From Kiritimatiellia bacterium (lineage in GTDB: Bacteria > Verrucomicrobiota > Kiritimatiellia > RFP12 > UBA1067), in contig JBBRJN010000001.1 of the NCBI GenBank assembly GCA_038219365.1, forward strand, positions 1 through 25,662: DNA of 25,662 nucleotides. Direction: 5' to 3'. Numbering within the stretch: position 1 is the stretch's first letter; each line of letters begins with the position of its first letter. The notes under the pieces are model-generated. The model worked only from the letters and a program-made list of their open reading frames with translations, was not told the origin of the DNA and did no database searches. The position numbers and the translations under genes were made by a program. Shown piece by piece: positions 6,567 through 15,104 of the stretch.

Positions 6567-7472
6567 ATGAAGTCCGTCAAACGTCGCTCCTTTCTTAAAA
6601 CCACCGCATCGGTTGCCGCGGTTTCCGCATTGCCTTCGGTCACACTCCATGCCCAAGAGGCAGTGCCGGTCTCCACGGTCGTCGTGGTACACGGCAACGA
6701 CATCCCCAAGATGCTCGCGGCCGGCATCGCCAAACTGGGAGGCTGGGGGGCCTTTGTCAAGCCCGGCATGAAGGTGGTGATCAAGCCCAACGTGGCCTGG
6801 AATTCGACCCCTGCGCAAGGCGGCAACACGCACCCCGATCTCGTCAAAGCCTGCGTGCTCGCGGCTGAGGCCACTGGGGCCGCCTCCATTACGATCCCGG
6901 AAAACACCTGCCACCCCGAGAAGGCGACCTTCAAGGCCAGCGGCGTCGAAGAGGCTCTCAAAGGTACCAAAGCCCGCCTCTACCGTCCTACGAAAGAGGA
7001 TTACCAGAAGGTCGATATCCCCAAGGGCAAGATTGTTAAGAACGCCGATGTCCCCAAGGATATTCTGGCGTGCGACTGCCTCATCAACATGCCAGTCGCC
7101 AAGAATCACAGCGCCGCCGAGCTCTCCCTCTCGATGAAAAACTGGATGGGGTCGGTCTCCAATGAGACGCGCCGCAGTTGGCATCGCGACGGCCTGCACC
7201 AGTGCATCGCCGACTTCAGCACCTTCATCAAGCCCCGGCTGATCATCATCGACGCCACCCGCATCATGCTGACAAAAGGCCCACAAGGCCCCGGCGACAT
7301 GGCTTATCCGAATGAGATCATCCTCAGCACCGACCCTGTGGCCGCGGACGCCTACGCCGCCACGCTTTTCAAGAAAGAGCCGTTCGAAATCGGCTACATC
7401 AAGATCGCCCATGAGATGGGCCTCGGGTGCGGCGACCTGAAAAAAGTCAAAATCGAACGTGTGGAAGTGTAG
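6567..7472 (+). CDS. Tat-exported DUF362-family protein
   Basis: KRRSFLK Tat motif. VVIKPNVAW, THPDLV, INMPVAKNH...SLSMKNWMG, LHQCIAD, IIDATR are DUF362-type motifs. Start moved to the ATG at 6567 (GGAGG 6 nt upstream; 301 aa). Confidence 0.85.
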   Translation: MKSVKRRSFLKTTASVAAVSALPSVTLHAQEAVPVSTVVVVHGNDIPKMLAAGIAKLGGWGAFVKPGMKVVIKPNVAWNSTPAQGGNTHPDLVKACVLAAEATGAASITIPENTCHPEKATFKASGVEEALKGTKARLYRPTKEDYQKVDIPKGKIVKNADVPKDILACDCLINMPVAKNHSAAELSLSMKNWMGSVSNETRRSWHRDGLHQCIADFSTFIKPRLIIIDATRIMLTKGPQGPGDMAYPNEIILSTDPVAADAYAATLFKKEPFEIGYIKIAHEMGLGCGDLKKVKIERVEV

Positions 7473-7483
7473 CGAAAAAGGAC

Positions 7484-8752
7484 ATGTTCACTCGACGTAA
7501 CCTCATCCGCCTAGTGCTCCTGATCGTTTTCGCCCTGCTCGCCCTCGGCCTTGTGCCGACCTCGTGGCAGCCCTGGAGCGTGCTGCTGCCTGGCCTGAGC
7601 CCGCTGCTCAGCCTCGGCGGATCGCTCGCCACGCGAGCAGTCGGCCTGTTGACACTGTTTGCCCTGCCGCTGCTCCTCCTTCCGCTCTTCAAGGGTCGAT
7701 TCTTCTGCTGGCGGCTCTGCCCCATGGGCTTCGTGGCGGAGACCGTCAGCCGTCTCAACACGCGTAACGCGGGGCTCGTCCGTAAAATTCCCTTTATCGG
7801 CAAAGGGCTTGCCCTAGTTATCCTCGCCAGTGCGGCCGCCGGCTACCCAGTTCTGATCTGGACCGACCCGCTCTGCCTCTTCAACGGCTTCTTCGCGGCG
7901 TGGCGCGAGCCGCTCACTTGGGCTTCTGGCGTCACGGCCATCGGCTTCATCCTCATCCTGCTGATGAGCCTTGTGGTTCCCCATATTTGGTGCCACCGGC
8001 TCTGTCCGCTCGGCGGCCTCGAAGAGTTGCTGACCCAACTCGCGAGCCGCGTGCGCTCTGCTCGTTCTCAATCTGGCGTGGAAACGCCTCACGGCGTCGC
8101 TACGAACTTAAGCAGCAAGGTCGGTCGCCGCGTGTTTCTCGGGTTCGCGGTCGGCGGCGCGGCGGGTCTCGCCTATGGCAAACTCAAGACCGCCGCCGCC
8201 AAGGCCTCCTCTTACATCCGCCCGCCCGGCGCTGCGGACAAGGCCTTCAACGCGCTTTGTGCGCGGTGCGGCAACTGCATGAAGGCCTGCCCTTACGACC
8301 TGATCGTGCCGGATCTCGGGCGCAGCGGCCTCGACGGACTCTTTACGCCGGTGCTCAAATTCCGCAGCCAGAACCCCGCTCAGGAGCAGTTCTGTTTTCA
8401 GGACTGTACCGCCTGCACGCAGGTCTGCCCCACCGGGGCGCTCCGTTTCCTGAAACCGGCAGAGAAGCAGCAGACCGCCATCGGCCTCGCCCGTATCGAC
8501 AAGAAGGCCTGCATTGCCTGGGAGAAAGGCGGGTTCTGCGTGGTTTGCCAAGAGTTCTGCCCTTACCAAGCCATCATCGAGGTCGAGCATCGCGGCGTCA
8601 AATGTCCCATCGTCGATGAGGATAAATGCCGGGGCTGCGGCGCCTGCGAGAGCCAGTGTCCGGGCCTGCCCGTCATCGCCATTGTGGTCGGGGGCCGCAA
8701 CCCCCAGCTTCAGCTCAGCGAGCCCTCTCCGGCCTTCACAGAAAATTCATAA
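7484..8752 (+). CDS. Membrane polyferredoxin: NapH-like N-terminus fused to a MauM/NapG/NapF-like C-terminus
   Basis: Hydrophobic segments. GRFFCWRLCPMG, WCHRLCPLG, internal GRRVFL, IRPPGA, CARCGNCMKACP, CFQDCTACTQVCP, CVVCQEFCP, CRGCGACESQCP. ATG at 7484, 11 nt after the DUF362 stop. Confidence 0.85.
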   Translation: MFTRRNLIRLVLLIVFALLALGLVPTSWQPWSVLLPGLSPLLSLGGSLATRAVGLLTLFALPLLLLPLFKGRFFCWRLCPMGFVAETVSRLNTRNAGLVRKIPFIGKGLALVILASAAAGYPVLIWTDPLCLFNGFFAAWREPLTWASGVTAIGFILILLMSLVVPHIWCHRLCPLGGLEELLTQLASRVRSARSQSGVETPHGVATNLSSKVGRRVFLGFAVGGAAGLAYGKLKTAAAKASSYIRPPGAADKAFNALCARCGNCMKACPYDLIVPDLGRSGLDGLFTPVLKFRSQNPAQEQFCFQDCTACTQVCPTGALRFLKPAEKQQTAIGLARIDKKACIAWEKGGFCVVCQEFCPYQAIIEVEHRGVKCPIVDEDKCRGCGACESQCPGLPVIAIVVGGRNPQLQLSEPSPAFTENS

Positions 8753-8763
8753 AACAAGAAATC

Positions 8764-8823
8764 CAGCGTCCAACGCTGAAGTTGCTCCAACGCGCGAACG
8801 CCGAACCGTGAGCGCTCAACGCT
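8764..8823 (+). repeat. Degenerate 7-nt periodic tract (CAACGCT-like) in the intergenic spacer
   Basis: The aac/agc/aag core recurs at 8765, 8772, 8779, 8789, 8797, 8804, 8811, 8818 (spacings 7,7,10,8,7,7,7). Confidence 0.5.
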
Positions 8824-8838
8824 ATTAAGGCTCCGCCC

Positions 8839-10164
8839 ATGCCGCTTCCTGCCCGCTATTACGCTGATCTTCACATCCACTCGCACTACTCACGCGCGAC
8901 CAGCCCCGCCTGCACGCCCGAGGGGCTCTTCCACTGGGCACAGCTCAAGGGCGTCGGCGTCTGCGGTACCGGCGACTGCACGCACCCCGGCTGGTTCTCC
9001 GAGCTCAAGGAGAAGCTGACGGAGGACGCGCCCGGCCTCTACGCGCTTAAGCCCGGCCTGCGCGAAGCAGCGGGCAAGGAGGTTCCCGCCGCCTGCCGTG
9101 CGCCCGTCCGTTTCGTGGTCACCGGCGAAATCAGCAGCATCTACAAGCGCGGAGGCAAGGTGCGCAAGGTCCACAGCATCATCCTGCTGCCTTCGCTCGA
9201 AGCCGCAGGCAAGCTGAACACACGCCTGTCGCAGATCGGCAACATCATCTCCGACGGCCGCCCGATCCTCGGCCTCGACCCGCGCAACCTGCTGGAGCTG
9301 CTGCTGGAAGCCGACCCGCGCGCCGCGCTGATCCCCGCACACATCTGGACCCCGTGGTTCTCCATGCTGGGCGCGAAATCCGGCTTCGATTCGCTTGAAG
9401 AGTGTTTCGGCGATCTCTCCGGGCACATCTTCGCGGTGGAGACGGGACTCTCCTCCGACGCGCCGATGAACCGCCGCATTCGCTGCCTCGACTCAGTGGC
9501 ACTGGTCGCCAACTCCGACCTTCACTCGCCCTCCAACCTCGGACGCAACGCGAACCTCTTTTTAGGCGAGCCCTCGTACGATGCCATGATGAACGGGTTG
9601 CGCGCGCAAGACCCGGCGGTCTGCGGCGGCACAATCGGCCTCTTTCCCGAAGAGGGCAAATACCACCTTGACGGTCACCGCGCCTGCCGTGTGCGGCTCT
9701 CACCCGAAGAGAGCATGGCGCGCAACAACCTCTGCCCCGCCTGCGGCAAGGTCGTCACCATCGGCGTGCTTCACCGCGTGGTGGAGTTGGAAACGGCTCA
9801 GGGTGCAGGGTTCAGGAGTCTGGAAACGGGGGATGGTGGACAGCGGACGGAGGCCCGGGTTCAGCCTTCAGCCTTCAGCCTTCAGCCTTCAGCCCTTCCC
9901 CGCCTTCCCTACCATTACATTGTCCCGTTGCCGGAACTGCTCGCGCAACAGGTCGGCACGGCACCGTCCTCGAAAAAGGTGGCGGCCGCCTATGCCAGTC
10001 TGCTCGCCGAAGCGGGTCCTGAGTTGCCTCTCTTGCTGGAAACCGATTCCCAGGCACTCGCCAAACTTGGTATCATCGGCGAGGCCATTCATAAGGTGCG
10101 TGAAGGGCATGTGGTCCGCGAAGGCGGCTACGACGGAGAGTACGGCTCTATCCGCGTGGTGTAA
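8839..10164 (+). CDS. Endonuclease Q-like PHP-domain protein (TIGR00375-like), stand-alone
   Basis: ADLHIHSHYSRA, GTGDCTHPGW, HIWTPWFS, ETGLSSD, NSDLHS, GKYHLDGHRAC...CPACGK (Zn site), TIGVLHRV, GYDGEYG. The ORF ends after YGSIRVV with no UvrD fusion. Confidence 0.8.
   Translation: MPLPARYYADLHIHSHYSRATSPACTPEGLFHWAQLKGVGVCGTGDCTHPGWFSELKEKLTEDAPGLYALKPGLREAAGKEVPAACRAPVRFVVTGEISSIYKRGGKVRKVHSIILLPSLEAAGKLNTRLSQIGNIISDGRPILGLDPRNLLELLLEADPRAALIPAHIWTPWFSMLGAKSGFDSLEECFGDLSGHIFAVETGLSSDAPMNRRIRCLDSVALVANSDLHSPSNLGRNANLFLGEPSYDAMMNGLRAQDPAVCGGTIGLFPEEGKYHLDGHRACRVRLSPEESMARNNLCPACGKVVTIGVLHRVVELETAQGAGFRSLETGDGGQRTEARVQPSAFSLQPSALPRLPYHYIVPLPELLAQQVGTAPSSKKVAAAYASLLAEAGPELPLLLETDSQALAKLGIIGEAIHKVREGHVVREGGYDGEYGSIRVV
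9797..9894 (+). repeat. Intragenic 7-nt periodic tract ending in (TTCAGCC)x5
   Basis: 14 in-phase heptamers: ctcaggg tgcaggg ttcagga gtctgga aacgggg gatggtg gacagcg gacggag gcccggg, then five perfect ttcagcc (9860-9894). Confidence 0.85.
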
Positions 10165-10189
10165 GTTCCCTTCAAAAGGAGAATAACGA

Positions 10190-10591
10190 ATGGAACCGTT
10201 TATATGGTCCGAAAAGATCAGTGTGGGCAGCCCGGCCATGGACGCCCAACACATGAAGCTGATCGAATTGCTGAATACGCTGGCATTTGACACCGATCCC
10301 GGGGTCGTTTTCGACACCGTTATGCGCATGTTCGACTACGCCGCCGTCCACTTCAAAGAGGAGGAGGCGCTCTTGGCCCGCATCGGCTACCGGGAACTCG
10401 AAAGGCAGAAAAGCGAACATCAGGCCTTTCTGTCGAAAACCACCGAACTCGCTGGCCAAAGCCTCGGCGATCCCGCCACCAGCGTCAAAATCGCCACCTA
10501 CTTGACCACTTGGCTGCTCCACCACATCATGGAGGAGGACATGAAGTATAAGCCCTTCATCACGGAGCCCGCTTTATCGCCGCAGAGTTAA
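10190..10591 (+). CDS. Bacteriohemerythrin
   Basis: 133 aa. Di-iron ligand pattern DAQH, VHFKEEE, QKSEHQAF, WLLHHIMEED. AGGAG upstream of ATG. Confidence 0.9.
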   Translation: MEPFIWSEKISVGSPAMDAQHMKLIELLNTLAFDTDPGVVFDTVMRMFDYAAVHFKEEEALLARIGYRELERQKSEHQAFLSKTTELAGQSLGDPATSVKIATYLTTWLLHHIMEEDMKYKPFITEPALSPQS

Positions 10592-10712
10592 CATCGCGCA
10601 GCGGACATCCATCACCGGACCGGCCCCGCGACCTTACGTGAGACTGAAGTCGGAGGAGTTTGGAATGCGGTGACAAACCCGGCATCGTGGGTGCGGCACT
10701 GTCAACGGGTTA

Positions 10713-13394
10713 CTACGGGTGCAACAGGCGGGCCCCCAGTTCCTCCGGCGACAGTACGCTCTCCGCGTAGCGCAGGGTATGGGAGAGCGTATCGCCATCG
10801 GATAGCGGATTGCCGAAGAGATCGGTCCACCGGATCGCGGGATCTTGGATGAACGGCAGCCGGGCCTCGCGCCCGCCGCAGAGAACCGCGCAGGTTCCGT
10901 TCCGTCCCGCGAAGAGATAGGCGAAACGGTTCTCACCCAGCGCGACTTTCCGCACGAATTGTTTTCCCTCCAGCGAATGCGTGAGGTGGGAATAGGCAGC
11001 CAGACCCGGGTGCGGATAACCGTCCGCGCCCAGCAGCACCACAAAGCTCGGAGCCTTGGCGAGCGAGGTGTAGCCGTGCGCCGTGTAAAGGAACACCTTG
11101 GCGACCTTTTGTGCCAAGAGGCTGACCGTATAGCGGCAGTTTTTCTCCGCCAAGCCAGCCACGTCCTCTTCCGGCTGCCAGGTGATGCATCGCTTATAAA
11201 GCCCCGTCATCCTGCATCCGACCCCCGACGACCCCGTGCTGCCACCTTGCCCCTCGCTCATGTAGATCGGCTTGCCTCCGGCGTTCGGAACGTTTGTAAA
11301 AAGTTCGCCGACCGCGTCGCGATAGGCCTGTTCCACGCTGTCGTCGTTGAGACAGGTGGCGTTTTTGGTGTACAGGTGGAAGTCGATCATGTCGCAAGAC
11401 GTCATGCCCCCGGCGGCATAGACGCCTGCCGTCCACTGTTTGCCGACCCCACCGGACGTGGTGTTAAAGCCGGCGACTTTGATGGACGGGTCGACCGCTT
11501 TCACGGTCTGGTACGCGCCGCGGCAGAGTTCCGCGAAATCGCGCTTCGCGTCATCCTTTCCGAAGAACCGCGCGTCCTGACCCGATTCCCACCAGTTGCC
11601 CCAAGGTTCGTTCCAGACGAAGTATTCATCGATCACGCCCTTGTAGCGCTCGACGAACGTTTTCACGTAGGTGTTGAAATCCGCGTTGTTTTTTGGGCGG
11701 AAAAATTTCTCGAAGTAACCCATGTGCTTGCAACCCAGATCGCCGTAGTGCGAGGCCCACGCGGGCGTGGTCCCCAACTGCGCGAAAATCTTGATTTTGT
11801 TTTTGCGGTAGCGCAAAAGATCATCGTCCATGAACGCCCATTGGCCCTTTTCCGGCTCCAGATTCCACCAGCCGCAATACTCCGTGCCGGCATCGTGCAG
11901 GCGCGCCCAGTTGATGCCGCAGGCTTTCATCATGCGGATGGTCGGGTCCGAGGCGATAAAGTGACAGCCGAAGGCGGAGTCCGGCGCGTCTTGGTTCCAG
12001 AAGATCGGCCGTGCCAGCCGCGTCATCACGATCTCGTTGTACGGCGAGACGCGCTTGCCGTCCCGTTCCACCCACGCCTCGAGTCGGAACTGTCCGAGGG
12101 GCCTGGCAGGAAAGACGTCGAACCGCAGTACGCCCTCAAACCGTTTTGCGCTGGCGGGAACGGGTCGGTCGGCCAGAGGCAAGCATGTGCCGTAAAGATC
12201 CGTCACGCAGCTTTTCAGCACCGCGCCGCCCGCGTCGCCCGTCACGCAAAAGCGCACGTCGGCTTGTTCATCCACAAACTGAATACGTGTCTCGGCGATT
12301 TCAGAACGGCCCGGCGCAAGCGCCACCTCGCACATGCGGTCTGAAAAGGCGGCATCCGCCGCTCCTGCGAACGCACGCAGGGCATCCAGCCGGAAGGTCC
12401 CGTTCCCGTTGAAGCGCAGGCAGAAGCAGAGGGCATCGCCAGGCAGCACACAGGCCAGCGTTGCCGTCTGCCAGTCTTTCGTCGGAGCAAGCGCTTGGCC
12501 GGAAAGGGAACGGCCTTCGCACAGCACGTCCACGCGGCAGGTGCTATCGCACTGGTACGCGAAAGCGACGGTATGGGGTTTGTCCGGCTGATGGGTTTGA
12601 AAGGGCTCGGAATACAGCGTGAATCCTTTTTCGGCTTTCATCACCAGCGAGGGGATTCCCCCTTCGCCGGGATGTCCGGCGTCCGCCTCGCAGGTGGCCG
12701 TCCGGCTGTCGCGGTCGATGTTCCAGCCGCAGGGGAGACCCAGCGGAAAGCGGCTGTTGCGAAAGAAATTTTTCACCGAGGCGTCCGGGCGCGGCACCGT
12801 TGCCGCGATTTCCTCTTGGCCGAGACGCGCCAACTCCACGGAGGCGATGTCCGTGTCGCCGGTGCCCGTGTAAAAATAGATCGCCACTTTTGAATCGCAG
12901 CGTTCCCGCGTCTGGAGGAGAAAGCGCCGCTCCTTCCATTCGCCTGACGCGGGAAAGTCCGCGTCACCGAAGCCGCGATAGGGCGCACCCGTTTGGCGCA
13001 AGCCGAACTGAAGGAGGGAGGCCTGCGGCCGCGCCGTCACAATCAGCTCGAACACGCCGGGCAGCGCGATGGCACCCCCGTCGATACAGAACTGCGTGGC
13101 CGATTCGATCTTATCCGCGTGGATCCGCAGAAACGCTCGCCCGTTCTCGGTGAGGCGCTCCGCCCGTGCCACGGAGGCGTTCCATGCGGCGAAATTCTCG
13201 TGCACCTTCGGCGGCAGCGATCCTTGAAAACTTCCCACCTTCTCGAACGGGCATGGCTTTCCCTCCTGCCCGAAATCCACGCGGAACACGGTTTCCCTTG
13301 CACCGGCAAGCAGCGGCCAGCCCGCGCAGAAAAAAACGAGGAATAGCGCACAGGCGGCTTGTCCTGGAATCAAACTTTTTGAGTGAATCGACAT
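10713..13394 (-). CDS. Secreted multidomain clan GH-A glycoside hydrolase (GH39-like) with N-terminal CBM-like beta-sandwich domains
   Basis: 893 aa with signal peptide. WARLHD, WWNLEPEKGQW, FVWNEPW (putative acid/base), FHLY, IYMSEG (putative nucleophile), KVFLY. Confidence 0.7.
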   Translation of the reverse strand: MSIHSKSLIPGQAACALFLVFFCAGWPLLAGARETVFRVDFGQEGKPCPFEKVGSFQGSLPPKVHENFAAWNASVARAERLTENGRAFLRIHADKIESATQFCIDGGAIALPGVFELIVTARPQASLLQFGLRQTGAPYRGFGDADFPASGEWKERRFLLQTRERCDSKVAIYFYTGTGDTDIASVELARLGQEEIAATVPRPDASVKNFFRNSRFPLGLPCGWNIDRDSRTATCEADAGHPGEGGIPSLVMKAEKGFTLYSEPFQTHQPDKPHTVAFAYQCDSTCRVDVLCEGRSLSGQALAPTKDWQTATLACVLPGDALCFCLRFNGNGTFRLDALRAFAGAADAAFSDRMCEVALAPGRSEIAETRIQFVDEQADVRFCVTGDAGGAVLKSCVTDLYGTCLPLADRPVPASAKRFEGVLRFDVFPARPLGQFRLEAWVERDGKRVSPYNEIVMTRLARPIFWNQDAPDSAFGCHFIASDPTIRMMKACGINWARLHDAGTEYCGWWNLEPEKGQWAFMDDDLLRYRKNKIKIFAQLGTTPAWASHYGDLGCKHMGYFEKFFRPKNNADFNTYVKTFVERYKGVIDEYFVWNEPWGNWWESGQDARFFGKDDAKRDFAELCRGAYQTVKAVDPSIKVAGFNTTSGGVGKQWTAGVYAAGGMTSCDMIDFHLYTKNATCLNDDSVEQAYRDAVGELFTNVPNAGGKPIYMSEGQGGSTGSSGVGCRMTGLYKRCITWQPEEDVAGLAEKNCRYTVSLLAQKVAKVFLYTAHGYTSLAKAPSFVVLLGADGYPHPGLAAYSHLTHSLEGKQFVRKVALGENRFAYLFAGRNGTCAVLCGGREARLPFIQDPAIRWTDLFGNPLSDGDTLSHTLRYAESVLSPEELGARLLHP

Positions 13395-13451
13395 GGTCCT
13401 ATCCTTCCGGTTTTCAGGGTCTTGTGCAAAGCCTAGTCGCCCGAGGGCGGC

Positions 13452-15047
13452 TCACTTGTACGCCTTGTGGTTCTGCGAGAACCACTTTCGGATCACCTGT
13501 TGGCGTGATGGCGGGGTTGCCGCCAGTTGCTGCTCGGCCTCGACATCGCTGTGCTCCAAGCTCCAGCCCGACCACTCGCGGAAAGCGTGATAGGACCAGT
13601 CCCAGCCGTACTCCTCGAAGAGGGCCGTGACGTCCGACAGATAATGGTCGGCACCTTTCCCCCAGCGGATCGCGCTGAACTCGCCGATGTAGATCGGGAC
13701 ATTGTAGGCCAGTTGGAAGTCGCGCACGGGTTGCAACTGCCGACGCAGCGCGTCTTGGTCATACGCGGCACCGGCGATGACCCCGGGATAGGCCCAGCGC
13801 TCCTTGCCACCGTGCACGCCCTGATGCGTGAACGCATGCGGGCGGTACATGTGGGCCTGGTACACGATGCCCGGTACAGACATTGGCTTGACGAAGCTAA
13901 AACCGTCGGGATCGTCCCATTGGTCCACCTCAACGAGGATGGCGGTGTCCGGGTCGATCACCCGGATCGCACGCGCCGTGCGCTCCTGAAGCGACCAGTA
14001 GTTGTCGCACCCCTCCGGCGACGGGCTGCTCTGACACGGCTCGTTGATCAGGTCGTAGCCCCAGACCGCCGGACGTCCCTTGTAGCGTGCGGCGATGTGC
14101 TGCCAGACCTCGACGAAGAAATCGGCGTACTCCGGCTCATAGAACATCCGCATGCTTTTGTCTTCAAGCCGTCCCCCTGGCGGCGTGTGAAGGTCGATGC
14201 AAACCAAGATACCGCGCTGCTCGCAGTCGGCCAGAATCTTGTCCAGCGTGTCCAGGCTCGTGTTGATCCACCGCATGAACTCGGTCTTGTCGCGGTTGAC
14301 GTCGCCAACCTTGTCCCAATTCCGAGTCATTTGGTAGCGCACCAGGTTCGCCCCCCAGTCGTCTAGCGTCTTCAGCGCGTCGGGAGTGTACTCCTGTCTG
14401 ATCATGGCACCGCGCAGGCGGTCGACCTTGTCGTGCCCGGCCGACACCTTCGGAGGATTCTGCATCGGTGCGGGATGCTTTACGCGCTGCTGCGGATCCA
14501 GATAGACTTTCAGGTTGTCGACCCAGATCGTGCCCGCGCTGTCCTGCAAGCCAAGGGTCAGGATCGACGCGCCGATGTCTTCCGGGACGTCGATGACGGT
14601 CGACCGCGCCGTCCAGTCGCTGGTGCCGGTCGGGCATCCGACATTGCTCCAGTGCTGACCTGACGTCGGCGTGGTAAAGCTCAGCATGCACTTCACGCCG
14701 TTCCAGCGGTCCGTGGGCACGGTGACGCCCGCTTGCCGGATGTCGGCTTGCCAGATGATGCGTTTTCCTGCGTAGGGTTTCAGGTCGAACGGCGCGTTCA
14801 CCGCGGCTGATCCCGCCTGCTTGCCCGGAGCGGGCGCGGGGTTCTTGATCTCTAATACGAACCCGCGGCCCGCAGCCTCAACCCACTTGGCGCGCGCATT
14901 GAGCTGAAAATTCGTACGTGACGTGTCCGCGTCGAACGTGTTCGAATAGACCGGCTCTCGGACCTCCCCGGCCAGCGATCCGAACGCTGCGCCGCCAACA
15001 AAGCAGAGTGTGCCCCAAAACAAACTGAAACGACGAATGTACCTCAT
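13452..15047 (-). CDS. GH5 (cellulase-family) glycoside hydrolase with N-terminal carbohydrate-binding-like domain
   Basis: WGANLVRY, IDLH, GYDLINEP (acid/base), HMY, IYIGEFS (nucleophile), WSYHAF..W. Start moved to the ATG at 15047 with GGGGG upstream, followed by a signal-like segment. Confidence 0.85.
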   Translation of the reverse strand: MRYIRRFSLFWGTLCFVGGAAFGSLAGEVREPVYSNTFDADTSRTNFQLNARAKWVEAAGRGFVLEIKNPAPAPGKQAGSAAVNAPFDLKPYAGKRIIWQADIRQAGVTVPTDRWNGVKCMLSFTTPTSGQHWSNVGCPTGTSDWTARSTVIDVPEDIGASILTLGLQDSAGTIWVDNLKVYLDPQQRVKHPAPMQNPPKVSAGHDKVDRLRGAMIRQEYTPDALKTLDDWGANLVRYQMTRNWDKVGDVNRDKTEFMRWINTSLDTLDKILADCEQRGILVCIDLHTPPGGRLEDKSMRMFYEPEYADFFVEVWQHIAARYKGRPAVWGYDLINEPCQSSPSPEGCDNYWSLQERTARAIRVIDPDTAILVEVDQWDDPDGFSFVKPMSVPGIVYQAHMYRPHAFTHQGVHGGKERWAYPGVIAGAAYDQDALRRQLQPVRDFQLAYNVPIYIGEFSAIRWGKGADHYLSDVTALFEEYGWDWSYHAFREWSGWSLEHSDVEAEQQLAATPPSRQQVIRKWFSQNHKAYK

Positions 15048-15104
15048 GAATAAAACCCCCTTTACGTGAACCGCCTTCCCCCCAAGGCTTCGCTTTGACA
15101 AGCG

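Noticed and set aside
7484-8752. Calling napH/napG or mauM/mauN gene symbols
   Set aside because: The motifs are family-level only and no napA or mauA/B is present, so orthology cannot be claimed.
10652-10673. Strong SD (GGAGGAG) followed by ATG-CGG-TGA minigene
   Set aside because: It lies between convergent genes with no downstream gene to regulate, so it is likely chance.
10845-12344. Long antisense ORFs (also 6564-7412, 13527-14366, 18035-19567, 20458-21879, 22524-23309, 23444-24412, 24488-25621)
   Set aside because: They are shadow frames of well-supported high-GC genes on the opposite strand, with no recognisable motifs.
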